Assembly (NCBI GenBank): GCA_963663385.2 | Contig: CAXXXD010000002.1 | Span: 1,809,024 to 1,873,023 of the forward strand | DNA: 64,000 bases | Reading direction: 5' to 3' | From: Oceanispirochaeta sp. | Lineage (GTDB): Bacteria > Spirochaetota > Spirochaetia > DSM-2461 | Shown here: in pieces, positions 41,754 to 52,368 of the stretch | How the letters are laid out: every line of letters starts with the position of its first letter | Position numbering within the stretch: position 1 is the stretch's first letter | The notes under the pieces: generated by a model | Seen by the model: the letters and a program-made list of their open reading frames with translations, nothing else | The model's database searches: none | What the model was told of the DNA's origin: nothing | Program-made: the position numbers and the translations under genes

Positions 41754-43633
41754 TCCAGAGCCGCCAGCTCTTCCCAGCGGGCGTATTTATGTTCCAGCAA
41801 TATCTTGTTCTCATTGTAGGCTTTGACGCTTTCGCCGCTGTCGGCAGCGTCGAAAGCTCCCGAGCTGAAGGATTTTTCCTGTTCTTCAATGGCTTCTTCC
41901 AGAGTCAGAATTTCACCCTCCAGGGATTCAAATTCCCTCTTCTCCTTGAAACTCAGTTTTCGGGGGGATTCGGTTTTTACTTTCTGACGGGTTTCGCTTT
42001 TCTTCTGTTTTTCCTGCCGCTTCTCGAAAACCTTTTCTTCATCATCCGCTGCCTTATAGTCGGAGTAGTTGCCGGCATATCCGCTGATGTTTCCCTTTCC
42101 GTCAAAAACAAACTGAAAATCCGTTACCCTGTCCAGGAAATAGCGGTCATGGGATACCAGGATGACACAGCCGGGGAAATCCTGCAGGTAATCTTCAAGC
42201 ATGGTCAGTGTCTGAAGGTCCAGATCGTTTGTCGGCTCATCAAAAAGGAGAAAATTGGGATTTGTCAGCAGAATCCGGATGAGGTAGAGCCGTCGTCTTT
42301 CACCGCCGGAAATATCCTTGACAGGTGTGTAATACAAAGATTTGGGAAAGAGGAAACGGTCCAGCAGCTGGGTAGGGGTCAGACGGGATCCGTCACTGAG
42401 GGTTATATTCTCGGCGTACTCCGTCAGATAGTCAATAACCTTCTGGTCCCCGTCCAGTACGGTTCCGGTCTGATCAAAATAACCGAAATGAGTATTGATA
42501 CCCTTGTCGATGACTCCTTCGTCCGGATTCAGCCTTTCACTTATAAGATTAAGAAACGTTGTTTTTCCCGAGCCGTTGGGGCCGATCAGCCCAATCCGTT
42601 CTCCCCGGCGGAACTGGTAGGTAAAAGGGTTGATAATCCTGGAATCTCCGTAGGAAAATCCTATTTTCTTTAAATGGAGAATCTTCTTTCCCAGCCTCCT
42701 GTAGGATGAGGAAAACTCGGCGCTGGCTACCTGATCATTTACCTGCTGGTCCATCAGGTTGTAGAAGTTCGACGTTCGTTTTTTGTCCTTGCCGGCTCTT
42801 GCTCGTGGTCCCCTCATAATCCATTTCAATTCATTCCGTAAAATTGTTTCAATCCTGGCCTGCCGTCTCTCTTCAATATTCTGGCGGATGGCTTTCTGTT
42901 CAAGATATTTGCTGTAGTTTCCTCTGTACTGATAGATAGACTGGTCGTCAATCTCCAGAATTCTGGTACAGATATTTTCCAGAAAGTAGCGGTCATGAGT
43001 AACCAGGATGACCGCTTTGTCCTGTTTAACCAGAAAATCCTGAAGCCACTCAATGGTGGGGATATCCAGGTGGTTGGTGGGCTCATCCAGAATCAGCAGA
43101 TTATAATCCTGGCTCAGGGCTCTTACGATGGCCGTCTTTTTTATCATTCCTCCGGAAAGACTCTGCATGGGGGCATCAAAATTATGCAGGTGAAGTTCGG
43201 ACAGGAGGGATTTTATCCGGCCCTCCAGCTCCCAGGCGCTCATATTTTCCATCTGCTCCGTCAGATCATGGAATCGTTCCATCAGGGCGTCTCCGGCTTC
43301 TCCCGCCTCCATTTGAGAAGTGACGGATTCATACTCCCTGACAAGCTGCATCTGCGGTGTGGCGTCACGGAAAATAAAGTCCAGAATGGTTTCTCCTTCA
43401 TTAAAAGAAGGATGCTGCTCCACTTGACTCAGGTAGAGGTTGTTATTACGGGAAACCGTTCCATCATCGGGATACTCCTGACCTGTCAGAACTTTGAGCA
43501 GGCTGGATTTTCCGGAACCGTTTGCGCCTATCAGGGCTATCCTGTCGCCCGTATCTATTCCAAAAGAGGCGTCCTCCACCAGTGTCCGGCCGCCTTTGCT
43601 GATTTTCAGCTTTTCAACAGAGATCAAATTCAT
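41744..43633 (-). CDS. ABC-F family ATPase (Uup-like)
   Basis: Two ABC domains (GANGSGKS/DEPTNHLD; GPNGSGKT/DEPTNDLD), C-terminal coiled coil, no TM. Confidence 0.9.
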   Translation of the reverse strand: MNLISVEKLKISKGGRTLVEDASFGIDTGDRIALIGANGSGKSSLLKVLTGQEYPDDGTVSRNNNLYLSQVEQHPSFNEGETILDFIFRDATPQMQLVREYESVTSQMEAGEAGDALMERFHDLTEQMENMSAWELEGRIKSLLSELHLHNFDAPMQSLSGGMIKKTAIVRALSQDYNLLILDEPTNHLDIPTIEWLQDFLVKQDKAVILVTHDRYFLENICTRILEIDDQSIYQYRGNYSKYLEQKAIRQNIEERRQARIETILRNELKWIMRGPRARAGKDKKRTSNFYNLMDQQVNDQVASAEFSSSYRRLGKKILHLKKIGFSYGDSRIINPFTYQFRRGERIGLIGPNGSGKTTFLNLISERLNPDEGVIDKGINTHFGYFDQTGTVLDGDQKVIDYLTEYAENITLSDGSRLTPTQLLDRFLFPKSLYYTPVKDISGGERRRLYLIRILLTNPNFLLFDEPTNDLDLQTLTMLEDYLQDFPGCVILVSHDRYFLDRVTDFQFVFDGKGNISGYAGNYSDYKAADDEEKVFEKRQEKQKKSETRQKVKTESPRKLSFKEKREFESLEGEILTLEEAIEEQEKSFSSGAFDAADSGESVKAYNENKILLEHKYARWEELAALDQN

Positions 43634-43738
43634 GAAGTGATCCTAGCACAACTCCCGATCCATTTCCATAGATCTGGACAAATCGGTCAGTAAACAGTAG
43701 AGTAATGACAAATTCCATGTCAAGAAAAAGGTATAAAA

Positions 43739-44551
43739 ATGAATCAGGATCAGGTTAAAGAAAAACTGCTTCAGATCGATTCGGAAGTAGTGGATTTTTC
43801 CGTTATTTTTTCTGGAAAAAACAGTAAAAAAGTAGACGGCCTCTATCATCCCGAAAAGCAGGAAATCGTTATACATAATAAAAATTTTGAAGATGACAAC
43901 GCTCTGATATATACAGCAATCCATGAGTTTGCTCACCATGTTCAGTTTACTCAGCATGAAGGGCAGGTGACTTCCCGCTCCCATACGGTACTGTTCTGGG
44001 ATATTTTTCATAAGCTCCTGAAAAAAGGGGAAGAGATGGGAATCTATCTTAATGTCTTCGAGGAGGATGCCCGTTTCAAGGAACTGACTGATGAGATCAA
44101 GAGTAAATTTCTTTCTGTAAACGGACAGGTAATGAAGGATTTCGGGAAACTCCTGATACAGGCGCTGGATCTGTGTCAGCAGAATCATGCCATATTCGAA
44201 GACTATGTAGATCGTGCTCTGGGGATGAACCGGAATTCCGCCAAATCGATTATGAAAGTATACGCCATGGATGTTGATCCGGAAATCGGTTACGAAAACA
44301 TGAAAATCGTAGCGGGTGTCAAGGAACCGGCCAAACGGAAGGAACTGGAGAATGCTTTCAAGGAAGGACATAGCCAGGACATGGTGAAACAGACTATCCG
44401 TCAGAGCAAACCCGAACCTGTTATGACCTTGAAGCGTCTGGAATCCCAGAAAAAACGTCTGGAAAAAAGTATCCAGTCCATGCAGATTAAGCTTGCTGAT
44501 CTGGAAATGCAGATTGACGAAGAAAAAGCCAGGGAAACAGAAAGCGAATAA
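43739..44551 (+). CDS. Hypothetical protein with HExxH zincin-like motif
   Basis: TAIHEFAHH...SH...F; C-terminal coiled coil. Confidence 0.7.
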   Translation: MNQDQVKEKLLQIDSEVVDFSVIFSGKNSKKVDGLYHPEKQEIVIHNKNFEDDNALIYTAIHEFAHHVQFTQHEGQVTSRSHTVLFWDIFHKLLKKGEEMGIYLNVFEEDARFKELTDEIKSKFLSVNGQVMKDFGKLLIQALDLCQQNHAIFEDYVDRALGMNRNSAKSIMKVYAMDVDPEIGYENMKIVAGVKEPAKRKELENAFKEGHSQDMVKQTIRQSKPEPVMTLKRLESQKKRLEKSIQSMQIKLADLEMQIDEEKARETESE

Positions 44552-44569
44552 ATCGAGGGGGAGTATTTT

Positions 44570-45208
44570 ATGGATGATTCACCAGTACTGATAGGAATCA
44601 CCGGAGGATCCGGATCCGGAAAAACAACGATTGTCAGGAAAATATCGGAAAGTATTTCGGATTTTGTCTTTATTCCCCAGGATAACTACTATCGATCAGC
44701 CGAGTTTATAACAAACAAGAATATTACGGACTTCAATTTTGACCATCCCAATGCATTCGACAAAGAGTTGATGTTTAGTCATCTGACCGATCTGAAGAAC
44801 GGCAAAACCATCCATATGCCCCAGTATGATTTTGTTCATCACAGACGGATGGATGAAACCATCGAAGTGAAATCCAAAAAGGTTATTATATTCGAAGGTA
44901 TAATGATTTTTGCCGAAAGAGCCATACGGGAGTTAATGGATCTGAAGATCTTTGTGGATACCCCCGATGATATCCGTTTTATCCGGCGTCTACAGAGGGA
45001 TGTCAATGAGAGAGGGAGAACGCAGGAGTCCGTTATCAAACAGTATATGGACGTGGTTCGCCCAGGTCACTTTGAGTTTATCGAACCAACCAAACGCTTT
45101 GCAGATATTATCATCCCCGAAGGCGGCATGAATGCCAACGCCCTTCAGGTGTTGTCCACATTTGTAAAGGATATTGTCAGCGATAAAACACCCGATCTGA
45201 CTGATTAG
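44570..45208 (+). CDS. udk: Uridine kinase
   Basis: [29 protein letters not shown]. Confidence 0.95.
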   Translation: MDDSPVLIGITGGSGSGKTTIVRKISESISDFVFIPQDNYYRSAEFITNKNITDFNFDHPNAFDKELMFSHLTDLKNGKTIHMPQYDFVHHRRMDETIEVKSKKVIIFEGIMIFAERAIRELMDLKIFVDTPDDIRFIRRLQRDVNERGRTQESVIKQYMDVVRPGHFEFIEPTKRFADIIIPEGGMNANALQVLSTFVKDIVSDKTPDLTD

Positions 45209-45228
45209 GGTTTGTAGAGCCGGATTTA

Positions 45229-45257
45229 GTAAAGACGGGTTTTAAACCCGTCTATAC
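45229..45257. repeat. REP-like palindrome or bidirectional terminator between convergent genes
   Basis: gtaaagacgggttttaaacccgtctatac. Confidence 0.5.
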
Positions 45258-45267
45258 TAAAACCTGT

Positions 45268-47793
45268 TTAGGGAAGCAGCACATCCAGTGCGGCGTCGTA
45301 CTTGACCTCTACAGCTGTATCGTAGGCTGTCTCCCCCCTGTTGTTGCGGGCTTCAAGATCGGCTCCCTTGTCGATCAGCAGCTGCAGGATGCTGACAGGG
45401 GCTTTGATCCGGGCCGCAATATGCAGCGGTGTGTTTCCATTATTATCCATAAAGCCGATATTCCTGGGCGATATGAACCAGTCCAGGGCTTCGTTTCCGC
45501 TCTTGATAATAAGTATCAGAGGGGAAACGTCCTGTTTATTCCTGGCGAAAATATCCGCATTCAGGTTGAACAGGTACTGAACAGCCTGTCTGTTTTCTAC
45601 AATAACTGCCACATGAAGGGGCGTATTACCCTGATCATCCCTCTTCTGGATGGAACAGCCCTGGCTGATCAGCAGTTCCATCAGGGATGTATTACCATTT
45701 ATGATGGTATCGAACAGGGGTGTTTTTCCCGTGTTTTCCCGGGTATCTATATCAGCTCCCTTTTTAATAAGGTAGCTGGTCATCTCAAAGTCACCGCTCA
45801 GTACGGCTTCATAAAAGGGTGACCGCCCTTCCAGATTCTTCTTGTTGATATCCGCCCCGGAGGAGATCAGCAGTTCCGCCAGATCCAGAGAGTTCCAGTA
45901 GACAATCTCATGAAGGGGCGTGTTACCCTGATTGTCCGTACTGTCTATATCGGCGCCGGCACGGAGCAGAATCCCCGTGACCTCCAGAGAACCTGTCTTG
46001 ACCGCTTCATGAAGGGGGGTTGATCCGATCAGGCTCTTTCCGTTCAGCTCGGCCCCTCTGTTAAGAAGGACTCTTACAATGTCGGCCCGTTCCCAGAGGA
46101 CGGCATGGAACAGAGGCGTATACATCAGAGCATCGGCTCTCTCCAGGGTCATATCGATCAGAAAGGAGTCGACAAATTCGGCACCCTTATCGAAAGCAAT
46201 GGTCAGGGGTGTTTCACCATTGTTGTTCTCCACATAGAAATCCCCGCCGTTTTTAAGAAAAATCCCCGTATAATCCAGGTTCTCCATCTCTGTAGCCAGA
46301 TGAAGAGGAGTATCCCCCGACAGATTCCGGCTGTCTATTATGGCTCCGTTTTCAAGAAGATAACGGATAACATCAAGAGGCGCCTCCATGGCTACTGCCA
46401 GATGGAGAGGACTGTTGCCTTCATTGTCCTGACTGTTAATATTACTGCTGTCCAGAAACCAGGAAAGAACAGGAACACCCCTGGAAATACTGAGGGAGAG
46501 GGGAGTCGTACCCTGTTTATTCCGGGCAAAAATATCCGAACCCCTTTGCAGAAGGAGCATGGCTATTTCGGAATTTTCCTTATCGACCGCTTCAAGGAGG
46601 GCCGTATTCCCCCTTTTGTTACGGCTTTCCAGCGAAGCCTTATACTGAAGCAGCAGTTCGGCGGATGCCCTGTCCTTATTCAGGGTTACGGTTAACTGGA
46701 GAGGCGTGTTCCCGAAGCTGTTTTTTGCATTGACGTTGGCGCCGGCATTCAGGAGCATCTGAAGAATTTCCAGGTTATTGTCCAGGGTTAAAGCCATATG
46801 GAGGGGGACATTGCTGTTATAGTCTGTGGCGTTAACATCAGAACCCGCTCCAAGGAGTATGGATACAATATTATCGTAGCCGCCGCGTACAGCGCTGTGA
46901 AGGGGAGTATTCCCCGGTTTATCCCGTGCTGTCAGGTCGGCTCCCTGTTCCAGCAGGAGCAGAACCATCCCTTCGTGTCCCCTTTCGGACGCCAGGTGCA
47001 GGGCTGTCTGACCAAACTCGAATCTTGTGTTGATATCGCTCTGATTAAAAAGAACAAAGGCATAGAAAAAATCCTCGTCCCGTCCCCGATAGGAACCGTT
47101 TTTCATTAGCAGTGAGGCTGTTTTGGCTTTATTCAGGCTGTTTCTGTTATCCAGTGCCAGATCGACAGGCAGCAGTCCTTCACTGTTTCTGCTGTTTACT
47201 TCCGCCTTGAGGTCGATCATCAGCTGTACCGCATCGGGGTTTCCCATTTTGGCAGCCAGGTGAAGCAGGGTTCCCTGAGAGACCGTGCCGCCGTTAACAT
47301 TTTCTGCGGTAAGAACTGCTTTCAGATAAGTCAGACCCTTGTCAAAGGCTGCTTCAGCCGGTGTCAGCTGATCGTTGTCGGGTACAAATATATCTGCACC
47401 ATTCTCTACCAGAAGGCCGGACGCGTCGGCATGATTGCCCGACAGTGCCAGGTGGAGGGGGGTTTTACCGTTATTGTCTCTGCTGTCAGGATCGGCTTCC
47501 TGCATCAGAAGCAGTTTCATAATAGCCGTATTTCCAGCGGCTGCCGCTATATGGAGAGGTGTCTGGCCCTGATCATCTCTTTCATTTACATCCACATCGA
47601 CCTTGAACAGTTCCTCCAGTCCTGATTGATCTTTATTCTGAACCATGCTGTGAAGGCTTTGATCATCAATGACTTCCTCTTCCACCGGAGCTTCTTCCAC
47701 AACCTCCTCTTCGGGAGGGGTACTGGTGCATCCCGCTAGAAAAATCAGAAAAAAAGCTGTAGGCAGTACGTATAATATGTTTAATCGTCTCAT
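45268..47793 (-). CDS. Ankyrin-repeat lipoprotein
   Basis: LAGC lipobox; about 20 G-x-T-P-L-H repeats. Confidence 0.92.
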   Translation of the reverse strand: MRRLNILYVLPTAFFLIFLAGCTSTPPEEEVVEEAPVEEEVIDDQSLHSMVQNKDQSGLEELFKVDVDVNERDDQGQTPLHIAAAAGNTAIMKLLLMQEADPDSRDNNGKTPLHLALSGNHADASGLLVENGADIFVPDNDQLTPAEAAFDKGLTYLKAVLTAENVNGGTVSQGTLLHLAAKMGNPDAVQLMIDLKAEVNSRNSEGLLPVDLALDNRNSLNKAKTASLLMKNGSYRGRDEDFFYAFVLFNQSDINTRFEFGQTALHLASERGHEGMVLLLLEQGADLTARDKPGNTPLHSAVRGGYDNIVSILLGAGSDVNATDYNSNVPLHMALTLDNNLEILQMLLNAGANVNAKNSFGNTPLQLTVTLNKDRASAELLLQYKASLESRNKRGNTALLEAVDKENSEIAMLLLQRGSDIFARNKQGTTPLSLSISRGVPVLSWFLDSSNINSQDNEGNSPLHLAVAMEAPLDVIRYLLENGAIIDSRNLSGDTPLHLATEMENLDYTGIFLKNGGDFYVENNNGETPLTIAFDKGAEFVDSFLIDMTLERADALMYTPLFHAVLWERADIVRVLLNRGAELNGKSLIGSTPLHEAVKTGSLEVTGILLRAGADIDSTDNQGNTPLHEIVYWNSLDLAELLISSGADINKKNLEGRSPFYEAVLSGDFEMTSYLIKKGADIDTRENTGKTPLFDTIINGNTSLMELLISQGCSIQKRDDQGNTPLHVAVIVENRQAVQYLFNLNADIFARNKQDVSPLILIIKSGNEALDWFISPRNIGFMDNNGNTPLHIAARIKAPVSILQLLIDKGADLEARNNRGETAYDTAVEVKYDAALDVLLP

Positions 47794-48075
47794 ATATTCC
47801 TTCTCATTAATGAAGTGTCCTTACTGTATGATCGGATGAATCATTCCAGGTGTTTAATATATTGAAATCTTTCCTTTGGAAGGGTAGTATTCTCTTCCCG
47901 ATGGAAGTATTATTTCATCCATATCAATGAGGTTTGTGTAAAAAATTATCTTTTCAGCAATCTCATCGTTGCCAGCAGGCGCATTTATTCTGATAAACTC
48001 CGCTTTTGGTAACTGGATTCTGTTGAAAATATCAAAAACCTCAAACAGTAAACAAAAAAGGGCAGGGAAAGATAC

Positions 48076-49203
48076 ATGAGTGACGTTCAGCCGGTTCAGG
48101 ATTCCACAGATTTTTTAAAAAGTTTGGGATTCCCGGCTATTCAGGTTCACCAGTCATTCAACCATTTTGATTTTACCCGTTCACGGAGACGTATTCTTGT
48201 CATCGGTCCCATGGGCTCCGGAAAAACGGAATATTCGGCCCGGATCTGGCGTGATGCCCGGGTTACCCTGGCCAAGTCCGAACTGGTTGCGGATATAACG
48301 AAAACCGGAGAGGCGGACAGACGGAATGTGTTTTTTGTACGGTCCTCTCTGGATGAAAAGCGTTTTGAAGAGTATCCGGAAGATGCTCTGGCGTATCGGG
48401 GCGGGTACGAACGACTGGGAAAGCAGCTGGCAAAGATCCGCAACTCCTTTGATCTGGAAAAACTGATTGAGGACTTTCCGGAAATGGGAACCTGGATTAT
48501 TGATGAAGCTTCTTTTTTTGATGAAAGGCTTGCTTATGTTATCAAGAATGCTTCGGAAAAAAAAGGACTGGTTTTTGTCTATCCTACTCTGATCCTGAAT
48601 TTCAGAAGGGATATTTTCAATTCCACCGCCCGGCTCCTTATTGAGACCGCTACAGATGTGTTCCCGCTCACTGCCTACTGTGAACACCCTGACTGTATAA
48701 AGGACTCATTTTATACCTACCGGTATTACAGGGTAAGCGGACAGGAGTGTCCGGCCCTCTACTTCGATCCCCTGATTATCATAGGAGGGGACCGGCAGAA
48801 GGATGATCCCCTGGAACCCAACTACTGCACAAGGTGTGATAAACACCACTTTCTGCCGGGAAAGGAGTATACCTATTTTACTCTGAAACCCCTGGGAGAA
48901 GCGGCTGCCCTCGGCAATTCCGAACTGCTGAAGAGGGAGCTCTTCTACCTGAATAATGAAATAAAGCAGAGCGATCTCTATAAGAGCATACTAAACGAAG
49001 GGGAGGAGAATTATTCCCACTCCCAGGTAATCATGAATTCACTTCGAGTCCCCTGTATTGCGGAAAAAGCCCTGCTGTATATCTATGTGGAACAGAATCT
49101 GATCAATGCCGATCTTTTCCGAAAAATGACAGAGGAACTGGACCTGAACAGGGAGTATCTGGAACAAAGGCTGGAAGATAACGGCCGTACAGTAAGGTGG
49201 TAG
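48076..49203 (+). CDS. tdk: Thymidine kinase, long form
   Basis: GPMGSGKT, IDEASF, Zn-ligand Cys (CEHPDC; RCDKH). Confidence 0.82.
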   Translation: MSDVQPVQDSTDFLKSLGFPAIQVHQSFNHFDFTRSRRRILVIGPMGSGKTEYSARIWRDARVTLAKSELVADITKTGEADRRNVFFVRSSLDEKRFEEYPEDALAYRGGYERLGKQLAKIRNSFDLEKLIEDFPEMGTWIIDEASFFDERLAYVIKNASEKKGLVFVYPTLILNFRRDIFNSTARLLIETATDVFPLTAYCEHPDCIKDSFYTYRYYRVSGQECPALYFDPLIIIGGDRQKDDPLEPNYCTRCDKHHFLPGKEYTYFTLKPLGEAAALGNSELLKRELFYLNNEIKQSDLYKSILNEGEENYSHSQVIMNSLRVPCIAEKALLYIYVEQNLINADLFRKMTEELDLNREYLEQRLEDNGRTVRW

Positions 49204-49206
49204 CCT

Positions 49207-50415
49207 ATGGATTCGATAAAGAGTTTTTACAAGGTGGGGAACGGTCCCTCCAGCAGTCATACAATGGGGCCTCAGAAGGCAACCGCGGCTTTTCTGATCA
49301 ACTATCCCAAGGCAGATCTGTATAAGATCAGTCTTTATGGCAGCCTGGCTGCTACGGGCAAGGGGCATCTGACCGATCAGATTATAAAGGAAACCCTGGG
49401 TGACCGAAATGTCGAGTTCATCTGGTATCCCAAAGAAGAGATGCCCGAACATCCCAACGGATTGCGTCTCGAGGCATGGAAAGAGGAGAAACTACAGGGC
49501 AGCTGGGAAGGTTACAGTATCGGAGGCGGATCCATCCGGACATCCGGAGATAGAGCTGTTGAGGGATCACAGGAGATATATCCGCAAAATTCAATGAGAG
49601 AAATTCTGAAATACTGCAGTAAAAACGGTATGGCCCTCTGGGAATACGTGTACGAATTCGAAGGGATGCAGATAAGGGAGTTTCTTGAAGAGATCCTTGA
49701 TCAGATGATGCAAACCATGAGCGAAGGCCTTGCTACGGAAGGGGTCCTGCCGGGCGGACTCGGGTTGAGCCGTAAAGCCAGTATGTATTATAAGCGGGCG
49801 GGGATGATGAAAAGGCCCCTGTCCACCTCGGCCAAACTGTTTTCCTATGCTCTAGCTGTTTCGGAAATGAATGCCAGCGGCGGGATTGTTGTTACAGCCC
49901 CTACCTGCGGTGCCTGCGGCGTCCTGCCGGCGGTCCTCCGTTCCATGAAAGAGGTTTACGATCTGACAAAGGTCGATCAGATACGGGCTCTGGCAACAGC
50001 CGGAATCCTGGGCAATGTGGTGAGAACCAACGGGTCCATTTCCGGTGCCGAAGTGGGGTGTCAGGGAGAAGTGGGCGTTGCCAGCGCCATAGCGGCAGGA
50101 GCCGCCGCCCAGATGATGGGTGGAACCCCCCGTCAGGTAGAGTATGCCGCAGAGATGGCCCTGGAGCACCATCTGGGACTAACCTGCGACCCCATTAAGG
50201 GAATGGTGCAGATTCCCTGCATTGAAAGAAATGTTATGGGGGCAAGCCGGGCTATAGCCAATGCGGAATTTTCTCTATTAAGCGATGGCACCCATAAAAT
50301 CCAGTTTGATGAAGCGGTTGAAACCATGACACGGACAGGACGGGACCTTATGAGTACATACCGGGAAACATCTCTCGGGGGACTGGCCATCCTGTCTGTT
50401 CAGGAAGAAGAATAG
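49207..50415 (+). CDS. sdaA: Fe-S L-serine ammonia-lyase, single chain
   Basis: GPSSSHTMGP, APTCGACG, GCQGE, LGLTCDP, PCIERN. Confidence 0.92.
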   Translation: MDSIKSFYKVGNGPSSSHTMGPQKATAAFLINYPKADLYKISLYGSLAATGKGHLTDQIIKETLGDRNVEFIWYPKEEMPEHPNGLRLEAWKEEKLQGSWEGYSIGGGSIRTSGDRAVEGSQEIYPQNSMREILKYCSKNGMALWEYVYEFEGMQIREFLEEILDQMMQTMSEGLATEGVLPGGLGLSRKASMYYKRAGMMKRPLSTSAKLFSYALAVSEMNASGGIVVTAPTCGACGVLPAVLRSMKEVYDLTKVDQIRALATAGILGNVVRTNGSISGAEVGCQGEVGVASAIAAGAAAQMMGGTPRQVEYAAEMALEHHLGLTCDPIKGMVQIPCIERNVMGASRAIANAEFSLLSDGTHKIQFDEAVETMTRTGRDLMSTYRETSLGGLAILSVQEEE

Positions 50416-50540
50416 GACTTGTCCGACAGGTTTAATAACACATTGATCTCCTACCGTTCTCGTAATAGAATTAAGTTTACACCTGATTGTTAAAGAAAAT
50501 ATCAGGAATCAAACAGGAAATATTACCGGGAGAGGATGAT

Positions 50541-51215
50541 ATGAAGAAAGAACTGTCAAAATATATTGATCATACACTGCTGAAAGCAACAGCTACTCCT
50601 TCAGAAATTGAAAAAGTCTGTGAGGAAGCCAGAGAGTATAACTTTGCCTCCGTCTGCGTAAATGCTGTCAATACGGCATTTGTTGCGGATAAGCTGAAGG
50701 GTTGTGATGTCATGACCTGTGTGGTTGTCGGTTTCCCCCTGGGAGCCAATATGTCCTCCATAAAAGCTGCGGAAACAGCTCAGGCTGTTAAGGATGGTGC
50801 GGAAGAAGTGGATATGGTTATCAACATAGGGCAGATGAAAGCAGGCAACTATGATTATGTCCGTTCCGATATTAAAGCTGTTGTAGATGCTTCGGGCAGT
50901 GCTGCTGTAAAAGTAATTCTGGAAAACTGCTACCTTACCAGGGAAGAGATTGCCAAAGCCTGTCTCCTTTCTGAAGAAGCGGGGGCGGATTTTGTAAAGA
51001 CATCCACCGGTTTCGGTCCATCCGGGGCTACTGTGGAAGATGTGGCGCTTATGAAAAAGACTGTGCCGTCCCTGCAGGTTAAAGCGGCCGGAGGCATCCG
51101 TGACAGGGAAACCGCTCTCGCCATGATTGAAGCCGGGGCTGATCGCCTGGGAGCCAGCGCCGGAATCGCCATTGTAAAAGGAGACGGTGATGCGGGCAAC
51201 AATTCTGGTTATTGA
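50541..51215 (+). CDS. deoC: Deoxyribose-phosphate aldolase
   Basis: IDHTLLK, GFPLG, KVILE, KTSTGF, KAAGGIR. Confidence 0.95.
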   Translation: MKKELSKYIDHTLLKATATPSEIEKVCEEAREYNFASVCVNAVNTAFVADKLKGCDVMTCVVVGFPLGANMSSIKAAETAQAVKDGAEEVDMVINIGQMKAGNYDYVRSDIKAVVDASGSAAVKVILENCYLTREEIAKACLLSEEAGADFVKTSTGFGPSGATVEDVALMKKTVPSLQVKAAGGIRDRETALAMIEAGADRLGASAGIAIVKGDGDAGNNSGY

Positions 51216-52368
51216 TAGTTTCGGCATAGGCGAACTGCCTGATGCGGCAGAATACGGAGATGTCGGATCCAATACGGCTCTGCATATCTGTGAAAAAGTG
51301 GAAGGTCCCCTCTGGCCCAATATGAAAAAGCTCGGACTGGGTAATGCCTCACTGCTGCTGGGGAATGCACTGCCCGGATGCGAAGCTGTAGATGCTCCGG
51401 AGGCTCTTTTCGGGGTAATGAAGGAGAAATCTCCGGGAAAGGATACCACAACAGGGCACTGGGAAATGGCCGGTATTGAACTGGATAAGGCGTTTACCCA
51501 GTTTCCCAAAGAGTTCCCCTCCTTTCCGGAGGACCTTGTCAGTGCCTTTGTTGAAAAAACAGGCTGCGGCGGGATTCTGGGAAACAAGGCGGCCAGCGGT
51601 ACTGCCATTATCGAAGAGCTGGGAGAAGAACACCTGAAGACTGGTTATCCCATCTGTTATACATCAGCAGATTCGGTTTTCCAGATTGCTGTCCATATGG
51701 AAAAGTACACCATCGAAGAACTGTATAAGATGTGCGAAATCGCACGGGATCTCTGTGATCCCCTGGCGGTGGGTAGAGTCATAGCCCGTCCCTTTGACGG
51801 GAAACCGGGAGAGTTTTTCCGGACGAAGGACCGTCATGATTACAGCATCGCCCTGCCGGGGGATTCCATCCTGGATCATCTGCAGAAAAACGGCGTGAAG
51901 ACGAAAGCTGTCGGTAAAATCGGTTCCATTTTCAACGAATCGGGAATCGATGACAGCTATCATGATGCCGGAAACCCCGCCTGTATTGAAAGAACGCAGA
52001 AAATCCTTTCTGAAAAAGCTTCGGGAAAAGAGTTTGTATTTGTCAATCTGGTAGATACGGATATGGTATACGGTCACAGAAGAGATCCAGAAGGGTACGG
52101 TGATGCGGTCAGTGTGATTGACGGGATCCTGCCCGGGCTGATGGGCGATATGACATCAGGCGATGTTCTGATCATCACCGGTGACCACGGATGCGATCCG
52201 GCTTTTAAGGGAACCGATCATACGCGGGAATATGTTCCCCTCCTCTGGTATCAGAAGGGCGGAAAAACAGGATCTGTCGGTATAAGGGAAAGTTTTGCCG
52301 ATCTGGCCGCTTCCCTGACCGAGTACTTTGGTGTACCGGCCATGCCGAAAGGACGGAGTTTCCTATGA
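51187..52368 (+). CDS. deoB: Phosphopentomutase
   Basis: [33 protein letters not shown]. Confidence 0.95.
   Translation: MMRATILVIDSFGIGELPDAAEYGDVGSNTALHICEKVEGPLWPNMKKLGLGNASLLLGNALPGCEAVDAPEALFGVMKEKSPGKDTTTGHWEMAGIELDKAFTQFPKEFPSFPEDLVSAFVEKTGCGGILGNKAASGTAIIEELGEEHLKTGYPICYTSADSVFQIAVHMEKYTIEELYKMCEIARDLCDPLAVGRVIARPFDGKPGEFFRTKDRHDYSIALPGDSILDHLQKNGVKTKAVGKIGSIFNESGIDDSYHDAGNPACIERTQKILSEKASGKEFVFVNLVDTDMVYGHRRDPEGYGDAVSVIDGILPGLMGDMTSGDVLIITGDHGCDPAFKGTDHTREYVPLLWYQKGGKTGSVGIRESFADLAASLTEYFGVPAMPKGRSFL

Noticed and set aside
45268..47793. Ankyrin repeats as a novel repeat system
   Set aside because: Ordinary protein-level repeats in a lipoprotein within a housekeeping context.
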